NCBI GenBank assembly: GCA_002633005.1
Contig: NMRA01001030.1
Location: 20,818-67,712, forward strand
DNA length: 46,895 nt
Source of the DNA: Phoronis australis
Lineage: Eukaryota > Animalia > Phoronida
Direction: 5' to 3'
The notes under the pieces were generated by a model, which was not told the origin of the DNA, made no database searches, and worked only from the letters and a program-made list of their open reading frames with translations. Of the stretch, positions 34,771-46,014 are shown in pieces. Numbering within the stretch: the first letter of the stretch is position 1; every line of letters begins with the position of its first letter. The translations under genes and the position numbers were made by a program.

Positions 34771-35149
34771 TTATTTAGGGCAGTAAAATTCATTTTCTAC
34801 AAATTGTGTATGGTATTCTACACAATCACCATGACAACTTGTTGCAGTGCCCAAACGGTCAGAAGCTCTTCCATTTACACCAACTCTACTATTGAGCATG
34901 CGCATGCGAAATGTTTGGCTGTCTTCCTGACTGATGTAATTGTATTCATGCGCCTCTGGGGCACCAACATAGCTTGACCTCATAAAGGTGTCACTTCCCT
35001 GACTGATGTAATTGTATTTATCCGCCTCTTGGGCGCCAGTATAGCTTGACGTCATATAGGTGCCATCACCCTGACATGTCACCTTATTTTCGTGACTAAC
35101 ACTCCATTTCTTGGCTTTTTGTTCTGTGGTATATTTTTTTCCTTCTGGC
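34771..35149 (-). CDS. Lectin receptor cytoplasmic-tail exon; AATAAA at 34708-34703
   Basis: ttcttctgtag acceptor in phase 2; PEGKKYTTEQ...VENEFYCPK then TAA. Confidence 0.8.
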
Positions 35150-38100
35150 CTACAGAAGAAACACAAATTATGTCAGGTGAAGGTGTCCAGTTTTTAGAAC
35201 AAGTACCCGGATTTCTAATGTTACAACAAGTACCCGGGATTAGAGTGTCACAGCAAGTACCCAGAGTTAGAATGTTACAACAAGTACCGGGGGTTAGAAT
35301 GTTACAACAAGTACCGGGGGTTAGAATGTTACTGCAAGTACCCGGGGTTAGAATGTTACTGCGAGTACCCGGGGTTAGATTGAAAGGTCGATTCCAATCC
35401 TAACACCAAAGATCACAAGGCCTGACACACCAGTAAAGATTTAGGTATTTAAAACCAGCCTTCTTTAACTGGATAACTCAGCGTCAGGCCCCCAACGTCT
35501 CGATCCCATTTGAGCGCGAATCTGAGTCATGCTACAGAGTTTGTCGAAGTAGGCTACTGTTGAAGACATGATGAGACATAACTTCGGATAACTTACCGCC
35601 TTTTGCTACGACACATAAACACCAACATTACCAGTATGGCAGTCAGGATGGCTGTACAAGCTATTCCAATTCCAACGTACATTCCTGTAATGTTCAATAA
35701 AACTTTGCATTCTACATGTCCACGTCAAAATTAAACAATCTTGATCCCAATAACTTGCGATTTTCAGTTGCATTAACCAATGACGATTACGTAATCGGCT
35801 CGGCTGTTATCACTATTCGTTTTTCAAAAAGTATCTTGAAGTTATGTTGTTGTCAAGCAATTTGGCAAAGTAATGTCAGGTTATTTATCGCGCCCGGCTA
35901 CTTGCCCATATTATGGCTATTTGTTTTCCTGTTCTTTCGTTCGCCTGCTAAGTGTTCTTCGATCTCGTCCGATTGTGTTCCGCTCCCTGCAGTCGAACCT
36001 GCCGACGTAGTGGAGACAAACGTTGCACTTNAACGTTGCACTTAGCGCATGAACAGATTCCGATGAACCCACAGGCGGCGCTGTTGTTGGGGACAAGAGC
36101 TTGAGCAGCGGAGCAGTCGTGGTCATAAAGATGTGCGTAGTCTCGCGAAATGTCCGTTTCCTGGTGGTGCCCGTCGTTACAGCCTCCACCGGTGTTGCTT
36201 CTGTGGTTGGTGCTGTCATGGGTGCCGTTGTTTGTGGTGATGATTTTGACGTCATTCCCCGTGTTGTTGTTGAAACTGTTGTTGTTTGAATGTCTGAAAG
36301 ATGTTAACGCCAAGTGCGTGTATACCAAAGTCAACAAATATACTTAGAATATCTGAAAGATGATAACGCTTAGTACGTGTGTACCAAAGTCAACAAATAT
36401 ACTTTGAACATCTGAAAAATGTTAACGCCTAGTACGTGTGTCCCAAAATCAACAACTATACTTTGAAGAACGAATATCAGAAAATACTGGGCCCCAATGG
36501 CTTTGTACTCCATGAAAGACCACTTTTTACAAGGCACAAAATTTAGAAAAATGTTCGACGATGAGAAACGGTTGTCCAGCCTTCTCTACAATTTGCTAAA
36601 TCCATCACACGAACACTTCTGATTCAACTATCGCATCCTTTTGTTCAAATCAACACAATTTCCTCGATAACGCAAAACATTGGGTCATAACTTTGTCGAT
36701 AACTCCTCTGCTATAATTTGGCCTTGACCTAGTGTACAACTAGTGAGTAGGCCTATGTAGCAAAGATTCGAAAGTTTGTGTTGCTTGCAACACCGTGGCT
36801 TTATGTTTTACCTACTCCAGACTGGGATTCCTGGGACAAGAAAAACTACTTGTTCCTTTTTAAGCGTCACCCTGATACACTAATATGTTGTGGGACACCC
36901 TGTGTATGTGGTTCCTTGACATGTTGATATGTGGGACACCCTGTATATATGGTGTTACGTGACTTCGTGAGATATATACTAAACCGGCTGTCTCAAGATA
37001 GGACGTGAGAGGATTTTACCTTGTTGGCAAAGAAATGTCTTTTTATTGCCACATCGCTCGTCATTCCAATGACCGTTTCCAAGTAGTTCCACGCAATTCT
37101 CGTCAGCTGAGGAGGGTTCTTGATCATTCCAATAGTAGTTCAACACAGTTTCACCTAGTCACAGAAATAGGATACCTTATTTCGTATCACGTAAAAATCT
37201 ACGTTATAAAATTACTATAGTAAGGCATCAAGAGCTCTGCAAAGTTCAGACAATTCTAGAATTGATTTGCTTCTTTTCCCCTAGGCGGTGTATTTTAGTT
37301 TGAAAGTACGTGTACTGGACGAAAATGTTCTGTTAAAAGCTGATCCTGGCGTCTTCTATCATAAAAACCAAGCTTGACCGTTATGAAATTGGTTTCGAAA
37401 TATCATTAAGTCAACCTAGGGGCGATTTCAAGACGTGAAAGAAATGGCGGTTCGTATTGCCAGAGTCCCGACTCTGTTGATTTGTCGCGGCGGTTCGTAG
37501 GCACCCGAGTTTGACTTGCCGACGGTGCATTGTGGGCACCGAGCATCTGAACTGTTATTTCTTTGCATGCCTACGTCATCAGTTTTCACATGAGTAAGAA
37601 CATATTGGCTTGTGATCTATATCACAAGTTGACATCTTTGGTAGCACACAGGTTAGAACCTAGCTCAGCACAAGATTGCGCTTAGAGTGAACTCGGGTCT
37701 CTGAGATATTGCGACTGACTTGGGTCAGGCGTTTGTGGTGTTTTAGTGGCAAATCTTGCTTTCTTTGGATCTTACTATTGTCCAACACTTTTAATTTTAC
37801 ACCGCGGTTGAGCCATGTGTCCACCGGGGTGAATTTTTTGGCCAAGTTGAATTTCTGTCGTAGCCGAAGTTACGTAAGATCTTATTCCTGGGAAAGCGGG
37901 CACAGTATTTAACTGGTTTGATGAAATCCAAAATGTGATTTACAAATCCTTTCAAACTACATACCGCTTGCCCATAACCAGACGTTGTTTCTTGCTCCTA
38001 TCCAGTAATTTGCCACAAACTTGGAATAACGTAGACTCCAGGCAAGATTCTTCAAATTCTCTCTACCTCTGTCGTAATTCGTCACAGGTAGGTGGCCGCC

Positions 38101-41100
38101 AAGACCAGAGCAGAATGACTGAGCGTCGTACCAACTTTCATACTTGTTATCGAACTTCACAATGCACTCTTTCCTCTCCTTTGCCCAGTTCACGCAACTA
38201 GGCCTACTTTGGGTTGTCACTACATGAGAACGACAATTTCGCTTATAATGACGTCGCCATACGCGAATGTGAGAGAACGACGTCATACTGTCGTTTGATA
38301 TCATATGTCAAACGACAATATCTTATTGTCATTAAATGTGAATGTTATTTCTGTTATTTTTTCAAGCTCAGTCTAGCTCCGGATTACTTAACAATTCTGG
38401 TCTGCTTGTGACGTGTTTTAAAACAATTTACAAATCAGAAAGAGAGTGCCTTTCACTTTCCTATTTTCAAATTTAGTTTGCAGCTAAGTATTTCATCTCA
38501 AACTCTCTTGTTATAACCACTTTATGTGAAATTAATCTGAAGAACGAACTCATACGCACTAAAACATTTCCTGACATTTCGAACATTCCTTGTTACTGGT
38601 CAGTTCTCACCTGGTACCTGGCAAGCCACACGTTGTTTTCCGTAACAAAGTTTGGCACTGAGTCGATAAGGATCTCCGGCAGATACTGCTAGACACAGGC
38701 GCTTCCTAGCAGAAGCGTAGCGTTCTCTCCTTGGCCAGATGTCGATATCATAATGATTGAACGTATCACCTGTCGTCACAGAAAAGAGATTCACAACACA
38801 AAATTAACCCTTGCTTACAGAGAACTGGTAAAAGGTGAAAAATATTTTGCAATTGAACTCTGGCTCTTCAAGAAGCTGAGTAGTTTGTTAAATTTATATG
38901 AGCTATTAGTCTGACATAGCGATGAGTCTACCACTAAGTATATACATGTAGCTTGGTGAAGAGTCCTATAGCTGAAGATGACGTAGTAAAGGCACGCACC
39001 ATTTACCCATTTCCACTCCTTATTGTAAGAAGACACTGCCCTTAGTCCGATCCATGCATTCCGTGCTGTGCCAGCGATCTGTTGTACCTTGTCAATACTT
39101 TCCCTGACTCGTAGTTCTGCCAGTTGACCTCCTTGTCCCAGCGTCTTGCAGAACTTGTTGGCGTCATCCCACGTCTTACGGCAACCGCCAAAATAGGTGT
39201 AACGCAACCTCGCTCCAAAATCGATGTCTTTCTCGAAGCAAGTGTTCACTGTAGCAGATTAACGCAGTTGACAAAGACAATAAAGTGAAAAAAGTAGGCC
39301 TATAGGCCTTCGCTGTTGCAACCAAGAATGTGTCCGGAACTGCGCTCCCACAAAAATGCTCCCGTGGGTCTATTTTCAGGAGAAAACAAAGCTTACCATT
39401 ATGGCCGTTTCATACTGGTTTACTGAAGCTATACTGTCGTCAATGCCAGAAAATGAATCAACTCAATGGACGAATTACTGGGTGCAATTTAATTTTTGTC
39501 TTTCAAAATGACTTAAAAGGACATTGAGATTCAAGCACTGCACGCTGTGCAGGCCTTAGTTGACGGAACGGCCCAAACTATCTAGCTGTGAAACTGCTGA
39601 ATTGTAACAAATTGGGTCAGCATTGCCTGCCCAAAATTGGCACAATTTAATACCTAAGTATTGCATTTATCAATTGGCGGAAATTTTCAGTTCTGGTTAT
39701 TTACTAATGTTGTGATATGTCTACTGGCGGTTAATGAAACGCTCCAAAAATCACATCGGAACTAGAAAGAGCTCAGTGTCGACCTGTGTGTAAGTTGACT
39801 AATAACGTACGGGACAGATATCCAGTGAGTGCCCAGATGATTCATGGAAGTGACAGGGAGGCCGGGTCTCAAGCATAACGAACAGCGAGTCCGGCCGTAA
39901 AAGCACTCGCCCAAGGGTATGAAGTGACAAAGGGTTTTTAAATGAATAGATTTCTGCGCGCTGAAATGTGCTTAATCAACGCGATCAAGTATAAGAATCT
40001 GCAACATTCTTCAAACGTTGCCTTGCACCCATCAGTGTAGAAAGTCTTCCGTCGCGGCAAATGTGCGCGTTGAAGAGTAGAGCGGTGATCGTTTGCGAAC
40101 TAATTCAGTGCGTTGATAAAGCAAAACTACGAGTAGATTAAGCACATTTCAACACGCAGAAAGGTACTCGTTTTTAAACGCTTCCCAGGTATGAAGCGCC
40201 AAAGGGTTCTTAAAGGAACCGTTTGGCGCTTCATACCTGGGTAGCGCCGTTCCGCAGACTTGTGTGTAGACTCCGTGTCTATCGAGAAAAGCAAATTCTC
40301 GCAAAAGAACGTGATTGTTTCCAAGTAGGCTTAGAACATTATGTTAAAGTCCAGTGCGCACTCGACTTCGAACAAGTCGAAAATACATGAATACACGACA
40401 TCTCTATTTGGAAAATCACATGAGTTGATTAGCATGATAGTTAATTGCCGTCAATGAGCTATATTTATCTCATTGGTTGCTGTTACTTTTGCATTTAGAC
40501 TGTAGAGGATACGAAAACGCCGTCTGTTTGTTGTTGTTATTCTGTGTCCTCTAAGCCGAGGTACAAAGACATCTGAATCGATCAGACAGAGTGCTGCTCA
40601 CTACGAAATAACACCATCGCAGCTGGGGGAAGAGCTAATAAATGTGTTGCTGTTACAGAGAGGGTATAACGTGGTACGGTGGAATTAAAAGTAAAAGAGA
40701 ATTTGATATGAGGGGACCATTCTGTACCCCTTTTGGGAGGCCCAGCCTTCGTTGTGAAATTTCTCGGCTTAGTTTTATGATCAATCATGCGTTATCATAG
40801 TTACCGCTGTAGTCTCCAAGCAGTGACACAGGGAGCTTACCGGCCTAGCCTATAACAATATGGAGGCCTGTAAAGTGATTGGTCGGCGAGGTTGCAACGT
40901 TGAATGGTGGGACTGAAGATTTTCGCCGCAAATGCAAATTATTGGGCACTACAAAACTTAACCCAGGACTCTGTGAATACGCAAACCCAGCTATTTCGAA
41001 AAAAATACCCGCTCGTGGCAGCCCGTGGGCGTTGTGGAGCAGTTTCCTTCTTGCCAAAGTACTCCGTTTTTTATCAGTGTAAAAATCAAGAAATTTCCAT

Positions 41101-42670
41101 TATCATGATCTAATCTAGAATGACGCTCGGTTAAACTTGTCAAGCAAGCCTTTTGTGTTGGAACACAATACTGTAGTTAAGCTGGTCAGAGCTTACAGTC
41201 ACAGGAATCAACAGGTGAAAGTAATTAAGTCTAATTTCTCCGAAAGTCAACCGTTTTTCTCCATTCGAAGTTTTTTGTGAAAGAATTTCATACAAAACAC
41301 ATCCGCGACATTTATTGAACATCATTTTCAAATAGTATTTTTAAATATCAGTTAGCGTCGGGCGCGCTGTACTACATAATTGCTGGATTACGTGAGCTTA
41401 TCAAATGAAAGTACCGAGCCTTGGTACAAAGCTGTATACTAAATATTATAGTCTTCATATAGCTAGCTGGCTTGCTAACAATGAGAGAGTTGTACTAGGT
41501 AAACCTTGGTTTGCCACTGCCAAACAGATAACCACATGGCTGTATCCCGACTGGCCGACCCGGACTCAATAGGGCTACTCATTCAACTGCGCGGGTACGT
41601 CACGTGGCGGGACTGTCCCGCTTTTTTAAGGCATCTCCTCACACGCTATTAAATGTCCCGCTTTTTGACCTACGGCGACGTTGGTTTATTGCCAGTATTG
41701 TGGTGATTTTACACGCGTTCTACTGAATTAAAAAAAACGCAGCACTGCTCACGAGGGGGCCTTGTCGGGTGTTGCGGTCGACACTCACCTTGTTTTGACG
41801 ATTTCAACCAATCCTCGTCCTGTCACCTGCTAATGCATCATCACGGGCGGAGCAGCACTGAAAAAAGTGGGCGGCTAAAGCCCCCTCAGCACCTGTGATG
41901 CATCGCCTCTAGACCATGTGCGGCGTAGCGCACCACTGAAAAAAGTGGGGCTATATCCCCCTCAGCCCCCTATGGTGCGCGGCCCTTGATCATTGGCGCC
42001 ATTCTTTCAAGTTAAAAATAGGGATCAACTAATAACTCATACCCCCTGTCACCAGAACCGACACTGTGGACTTTGGTGGGTCGCTCTTTTCGCACGTATG
42101 CCTTGTAGTTCACTAAAAGCGGCGATCAATTTTCAAATTTTGCTCCAAAGTTTTGAGGGTTGTCGAGGGTTGAAGAACACGAGTTTACTAGTTTCAGAGA
42201 ACTGGATGGAAAAGTCGTTTTTACATGTAGTATTGGTCAAAACCGGGTTTGGTATCCTATTACGAGTAGTCTCAGAAGAGTCTCGCATTTTTAAACCAGG
42301 TTCCCCGTTTTTTCACTCTCGACTGTTGACAAAATGCAGTTTTCAGGGACGGGTTGAAGTAACTCATGACATCGGTTTTGGAAAATATTTTACAGTACAT
42401 TTTAATTGCAATTGCTGCACAACTCATGTCCTAATTGAGCCACAGTTTGGTAGATCTCATTATTAGATAGAGTGTTTTACAGCATTGCTCGTTTTCGTTA
42501 CCAGAAAAGTAAACAGAAATGAATTCGCACCTATAATGAAAGAAAACAAACCAATATGCTTGAGTATTAATGACATATAGTTTAATTATTGTACCTGAAA
42601 AATCTGCGACTGCTCTGTACGTAAGCAATACGGTAAACAAGCTGCAATACCGAACATTCGTTAATCCCAT
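34771..42670 (-). CDS. Type-I membrane C-type lectin receptor (SP, CTLD, CTLD, Thr-rich mucin stalk, TM, Tyr-rich tail); exons 42670-42595, 39248-39000, 38769-38611, 38219-37965, 37154-37020, 36293-35906, 35684-35597, 35149-34771
   Basis: Two CTLDs (TWDDANKFC...WIGL; SWYDAQSFC...YWIG...EPS...ENC...WND...C...FLCQ), hydrophobic TM exon followed by RSKRR, phase-consistent junctions. The model needs a 12-bp overlap collapsed at N36031 and one GC-AG intron. Confidence 0.8.
35199..35380. repeat. 24-bp minisatellite (acaagtacccggggttagaatgtt)
   Basis: About 7.5 copies in a lectin intron. Confidence 0.9.
35597..35684 (-). CDS. Lectin receptor transmembrane exon
   Basis: GMYVGIGIACTAILTAILVMLVFMCRSKR; attacag acceptor; CG|GTAAGT donor. 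Confidence 0.85.
35906..36293 (-). CDS. Lectin receptor Thr/Ser-rich mucin-like stalk exon
   Basis: ctttcag acceptor; IQTTTVSTTTRGMTSK...; frame is continuous to ...NSHNM after collapsing the duplicated 12-mer at N36031; donor TGG|GCAAGT. Confidence 0.7.
36288..36466. repeat. 59-bp tandem repeat x3 containing the lectin stalk-exon acceptor
   Basis: tctgaaagatgttaacgcc...accaaagtcaacaaatatactt x3. Confidence 0.88.
37020..37154 (-). CDS. Lectin receptor CTLD2, second half (EPS and WND motifs)
   Basis: GETVLNYYWNDQEPSSADENCVELLGNGHWNDERCGNKKTFLCQQ; G|GTAAA donor. Confidence 0.88.
37965..38219 (-). CDS. Lectin receptor CTLD2, first half
   Basis: TTQSRPSCVNWAKERKEC...SWYDAQSFCSGLGGHL...YWIGARNNVWLWAS; G|GTATGT donor. 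Confidence 0.85.
38611..38769 (-). CDS. Lectin receptor CTLD1, second half (no EPN/QPD/WND)
   Basis: GDTFNHYDIDIWP...LCLAV...SAKLCYGKQRVACQVP; G|GTGAG donor. Confidence 0.82.
39000..39248 (-). CDS. Lectin receptor CTLD1, first half
   Basis: NTCFEK...KTWDDANKFCKTLGQGGQLAEL...AWIGLRAV...WKWVN; ctacag acceptor; G|GTGCGT donor. Confidence 0.88.
41851..41988. repeat. Two related ~60-bp GC-rich fragments (cactgaaaaaagtggg...ccccctcagc), likely transposon ends
   Basis: Direct repeat visible; transposon origin is inferred. Confidence 0.45.
42595..42670 (-). CDS. Lectin receptor candidate exon 1 (signal peptide MGLTNVRYCSLFTVLLTYRAVADFS)
   Basis: ATG, basic n-region, hydrophobic core, AVA cleavage-like motif; phase-1 donor CAG|GTACA fits the CTLD1 exon. 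Confidence 0.6.
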
Positions 42671-45600
42671 TTCGTAATCCAATCCAAATTCCTCCGTTTC
42701 ATTTGTACACGTGCTATGTGCTTAGCTGAGCATCAAACGTGGTCACCGTCACGTACGACGTGTGGAACTCAGTGTTAGCTAGTCATGTGAACCCTTTTCG
42801 GACAAGATTAAGTCGTTGTTTACAGCTTATTGGCCAATTTGAATTGTTGGTGTTAAACCGATTTGACATGATTAGGAATTATGACGTCAAACATTAACAC
42901 ATCGAGCAACGCTTAACGATAAGGTACAGTGTATTAGAAAGTTTCCCAGCATAGGCTTTGGCAAGCCAGAATACACTGATTATAACTAGTCCCGCATGCG
43001 AGCATCTAATAGATTGAAGCGAGTGCGCTCTGTGATTCTTTCCAGGCTCAAGATCGCCCCCTACCCCCCCCCCCCGAGACAATACTTTGAATTGTCTCCA
43101 GTACATTCTTCGGAGTGCTAAGCGGGGCATCACCGTCAATTGATAGTGAATGCGTGCTCTCGTTGCCTGACCAGTATCCAGTCCTATTAACAGACCGCAG
43201 AGAAATTCCAAGCTGAGAAGTGCCCTTGCAACGACTGATGCATCATACCGGGAGAGAGCGCTACAGTCTCAGTGCTCCATGTAGTGCACGCGTGCCAGTG
43301 CACGGGTCCGTTCAGTGACTGGCCGAATGCTCCATTTAAACACTAACACGAAGGCAACTTCCAATCAGGCGGAAGATAATTTCCGACGAATCTACTAAAA
43401 ATCAAAATATATATTTTCTGTTAATACGACTTCATTCGGTATCCTTAGGTACGCTTTTACTAGAGACTGACACTATCTCGTGCTGCGTTCGAAATACACG
43501 GTGGCCCGGGCCAGTGGCGATTTGCGCGGGGTCAGTATAAGCTCTCACATACAGGCCGTATGAGGATGTGGTCTCATATTCAAGTAACTGGCACATTTAT
43601 TTGCAGAAGCTTGAGCACTGATCACGTGGCACAGTTCATTACGGATGTATACTGATGTATATCCCAATTCTTTATTCCAACATTGTAAATGAGTAAACGG
43701 AATTCAAACATCGGCATCAGCACACACAGCAGAGTTTATCATCGGTTTCCATATTTAAATTCATATACAATAAGATTATTCCCGAGACTTAGCTATATAT
43801 CAGTTTAAGAAAATGTAACAAAATTTAAAGGTACGAGCAAACACGTTCTGTCACGGACTAAATCACGCGCCTATGCAATCTCGTTATCACGTGCTGTTTG
43901 CACTGCTACATGTAGATATTTCCCCCTCATTAAGAGAAGCTACAAATACATGTATTGCAAGTTGTTCTCTCGCAGTAGACAAGTATCTTCGTTTCTTTAG
44001 AGGTACATGTAGCCGTGGACGCCGGCCAATGTCCTCTTGCTTCATCTAATTACGAACGAGCTCTTAAGAGATATTTTCTTCCTGCATTGAAATAAGTTGA
44101 TAACTTCAAAAAGAAACCTCGGCTTCACTGTTATGTTCTTCAGTGCTTTGGAAGCAATTAGTTTCTGCCCTGAGAATGATTTGAAAGAGCTCCGGCTATT
44201 GGTGCGAAACGGGCCCCGCCCCCTCAAGTATTTATGCATGGGCGCACCGTTTTTTTTTGGTCCGCCCGCTCTTTTGTTAGCAAAGGTCCATAACTTAAGG
44301 AATTCGAGCCCCCATTTTGAAAGCTGGGTGCGCGCATGTGACATCACGTCACTCTTTTTCTAATGCCTCGAACTGTAGGCAGTGTTGGGAATCGTTTTCC
44401 GTCGGAGAACGCAGTAGGTATTTTGCGACATAATTTAGTGACGTTGTTTAACTTGACATACAGTTCGCGTATGAGGTTTGCAACGAAGAAACATTTCTTT
44501 ATAGGACCTGCCCATGTCAACTAACACTAAAGAGGCACATCACGTGATGAGTGGTTAAAAGGTCGGACACTGAAAACGTCACAGAATCCTGGGACCAGCA
44601 TCTAATGGTTCTGTATTTTAGCCGGGTTGAGAAGCCGGGCGCGAGTCGCAATGTCGTGGCTCCCCAGCAAGGCGCGGATTTCACAATGACACCACTCCTT
44701 TTGCAGGTAAAATTTTCGGACACAAGTGAAAACTTGTGACATTAGACATAACTATCAATGAAATTACAAAAATAGGTTTAATTGAAAATCAGCGTAAATC
44801 AACAATAAAATAAATAAAGTCATAAGAAACATCAACGAATAAAAAATTCACCGACAAAGAAAGATGTCGTAAGTCGACAATCTCCAAAAATGAAAGTTCA
44901 ATGCAACATCTATTGTGTGTTCAGTACACACACTCGCATAACGTTTGGTAGCCAGCACGCAGGAAGCACGCACTTCAATGGTTGAGGTAACCACGGCAGT
45001 CATTGGCTAGCCTTACAACAAAGTGAGAGAATGGCGGATTTTGAACGATTTTTAGCCTTGTCATGCAAGTGGCGTAGCAGCAACTACTTCGTTTCTGCAG
45101 TAGGCCTAATGTTTAATAGCCGCGTACTTGAAGCACATACATGTACAATAAACACGCCGTCATCTGGCCGATTTAACAGGTGTATACAGGATAGCAACGT
45201 AAACAAAAGTCAGCGACAGTAGAAAGATGCACTCTGAAAAGGAGTAACCACAATTTTCTGGGATTCACATTTCTTGAACATGAATTTCAATCACCAATTT
45301 GTCTTTACAACAGACCACATTTACACTTCCTCCATCAGTCATGTCAGTTTGTTTGGATAAAGTGCTGCCTGTTGAGAATTCGGCCCGCCAATCAGAAACG
45401 CCGGTGTAAAAAATTCCCGAGAAATTAAGCGATACATGTACCTGCGTGCTGGCTACCACCTAGTGGCACGCGGGGAACCAGCGAGAGTGCACACACTGAA
45501 CACAAAACCAAGCACCATCATTCGATGGAAGACCGAACCACCGCCTGATGCAATGGTGAGGTCGACTTTTACGAAGCTTAAGAGCGAAATAACAAATTTA

Positions 45601-46014
45601 CTTGCAAACTTTGAAGCAAGTAGCATAACAATGCTTTTAACAACTTGTTTGAACTAGTTTTGGGTTTGTGAATCTCTGAAGATTTAAAAGCTAGAACCAA
45701 AGTTAAGATGCGAGCTTAAAACCTTCCTCAACCGGATTAACATGAATTTGCTTGTATCAAACGTAACCTGTGAAATTATAAGTGACGTTTTCGCACTACT
45801 TTACGTCACCGCGGATGTACAGAAGAAAGTACGAAAAGCCGAAAGTAATTGTAGTCTGAACACCGTATAACTAAGGATTATCGCGGTGACGTGACAAATA
45901 AATTTATGGTGCGCTCAGACTGATGCTCAAAACAAACCGTAGCAACCAAATTCACGTGTGTTAGCGATGAAGGTAGGCTTTAAGCTGGGCGTAACCCTGG
46001 AATGTGTAAGCCCT

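Noticed and set aside
35092-35403. (MLQQVPGVR)n ORF
   Set aside because: 24-bp minisatellite in a lectin intron on the opposite strand.
36019-36043. Frameshift suggesting the lectin is a pseudogene
   Set aside because: The 12-mer aacgttgcactt is duplicated on both sides of N36031; collapsing it restores the frame.
41789-41826. Possible 38-nt minus-strand micro-exon (cag|GTGACAGG...ACAAG|gtgagt) in lectin intron 1
   Set aside because: It has a stop in the required phase-1 frame and its length breaks the frame; no support beyond splice-like ends.
41993-42466. 157-aa plus-strand ORF
   Set aside because: Non-ATG start, no recognisable domain, lies in a repeat-rich intron.
42700-46000. Possible RNA genes or additional exons between the lectin and desaturase genes
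   Set aside because: No tRNA cloverleaf, rRNA or snRNA signature recognised. A tRNAscan-SE and Infernal/Rfam search would be needed to exclude them formally.
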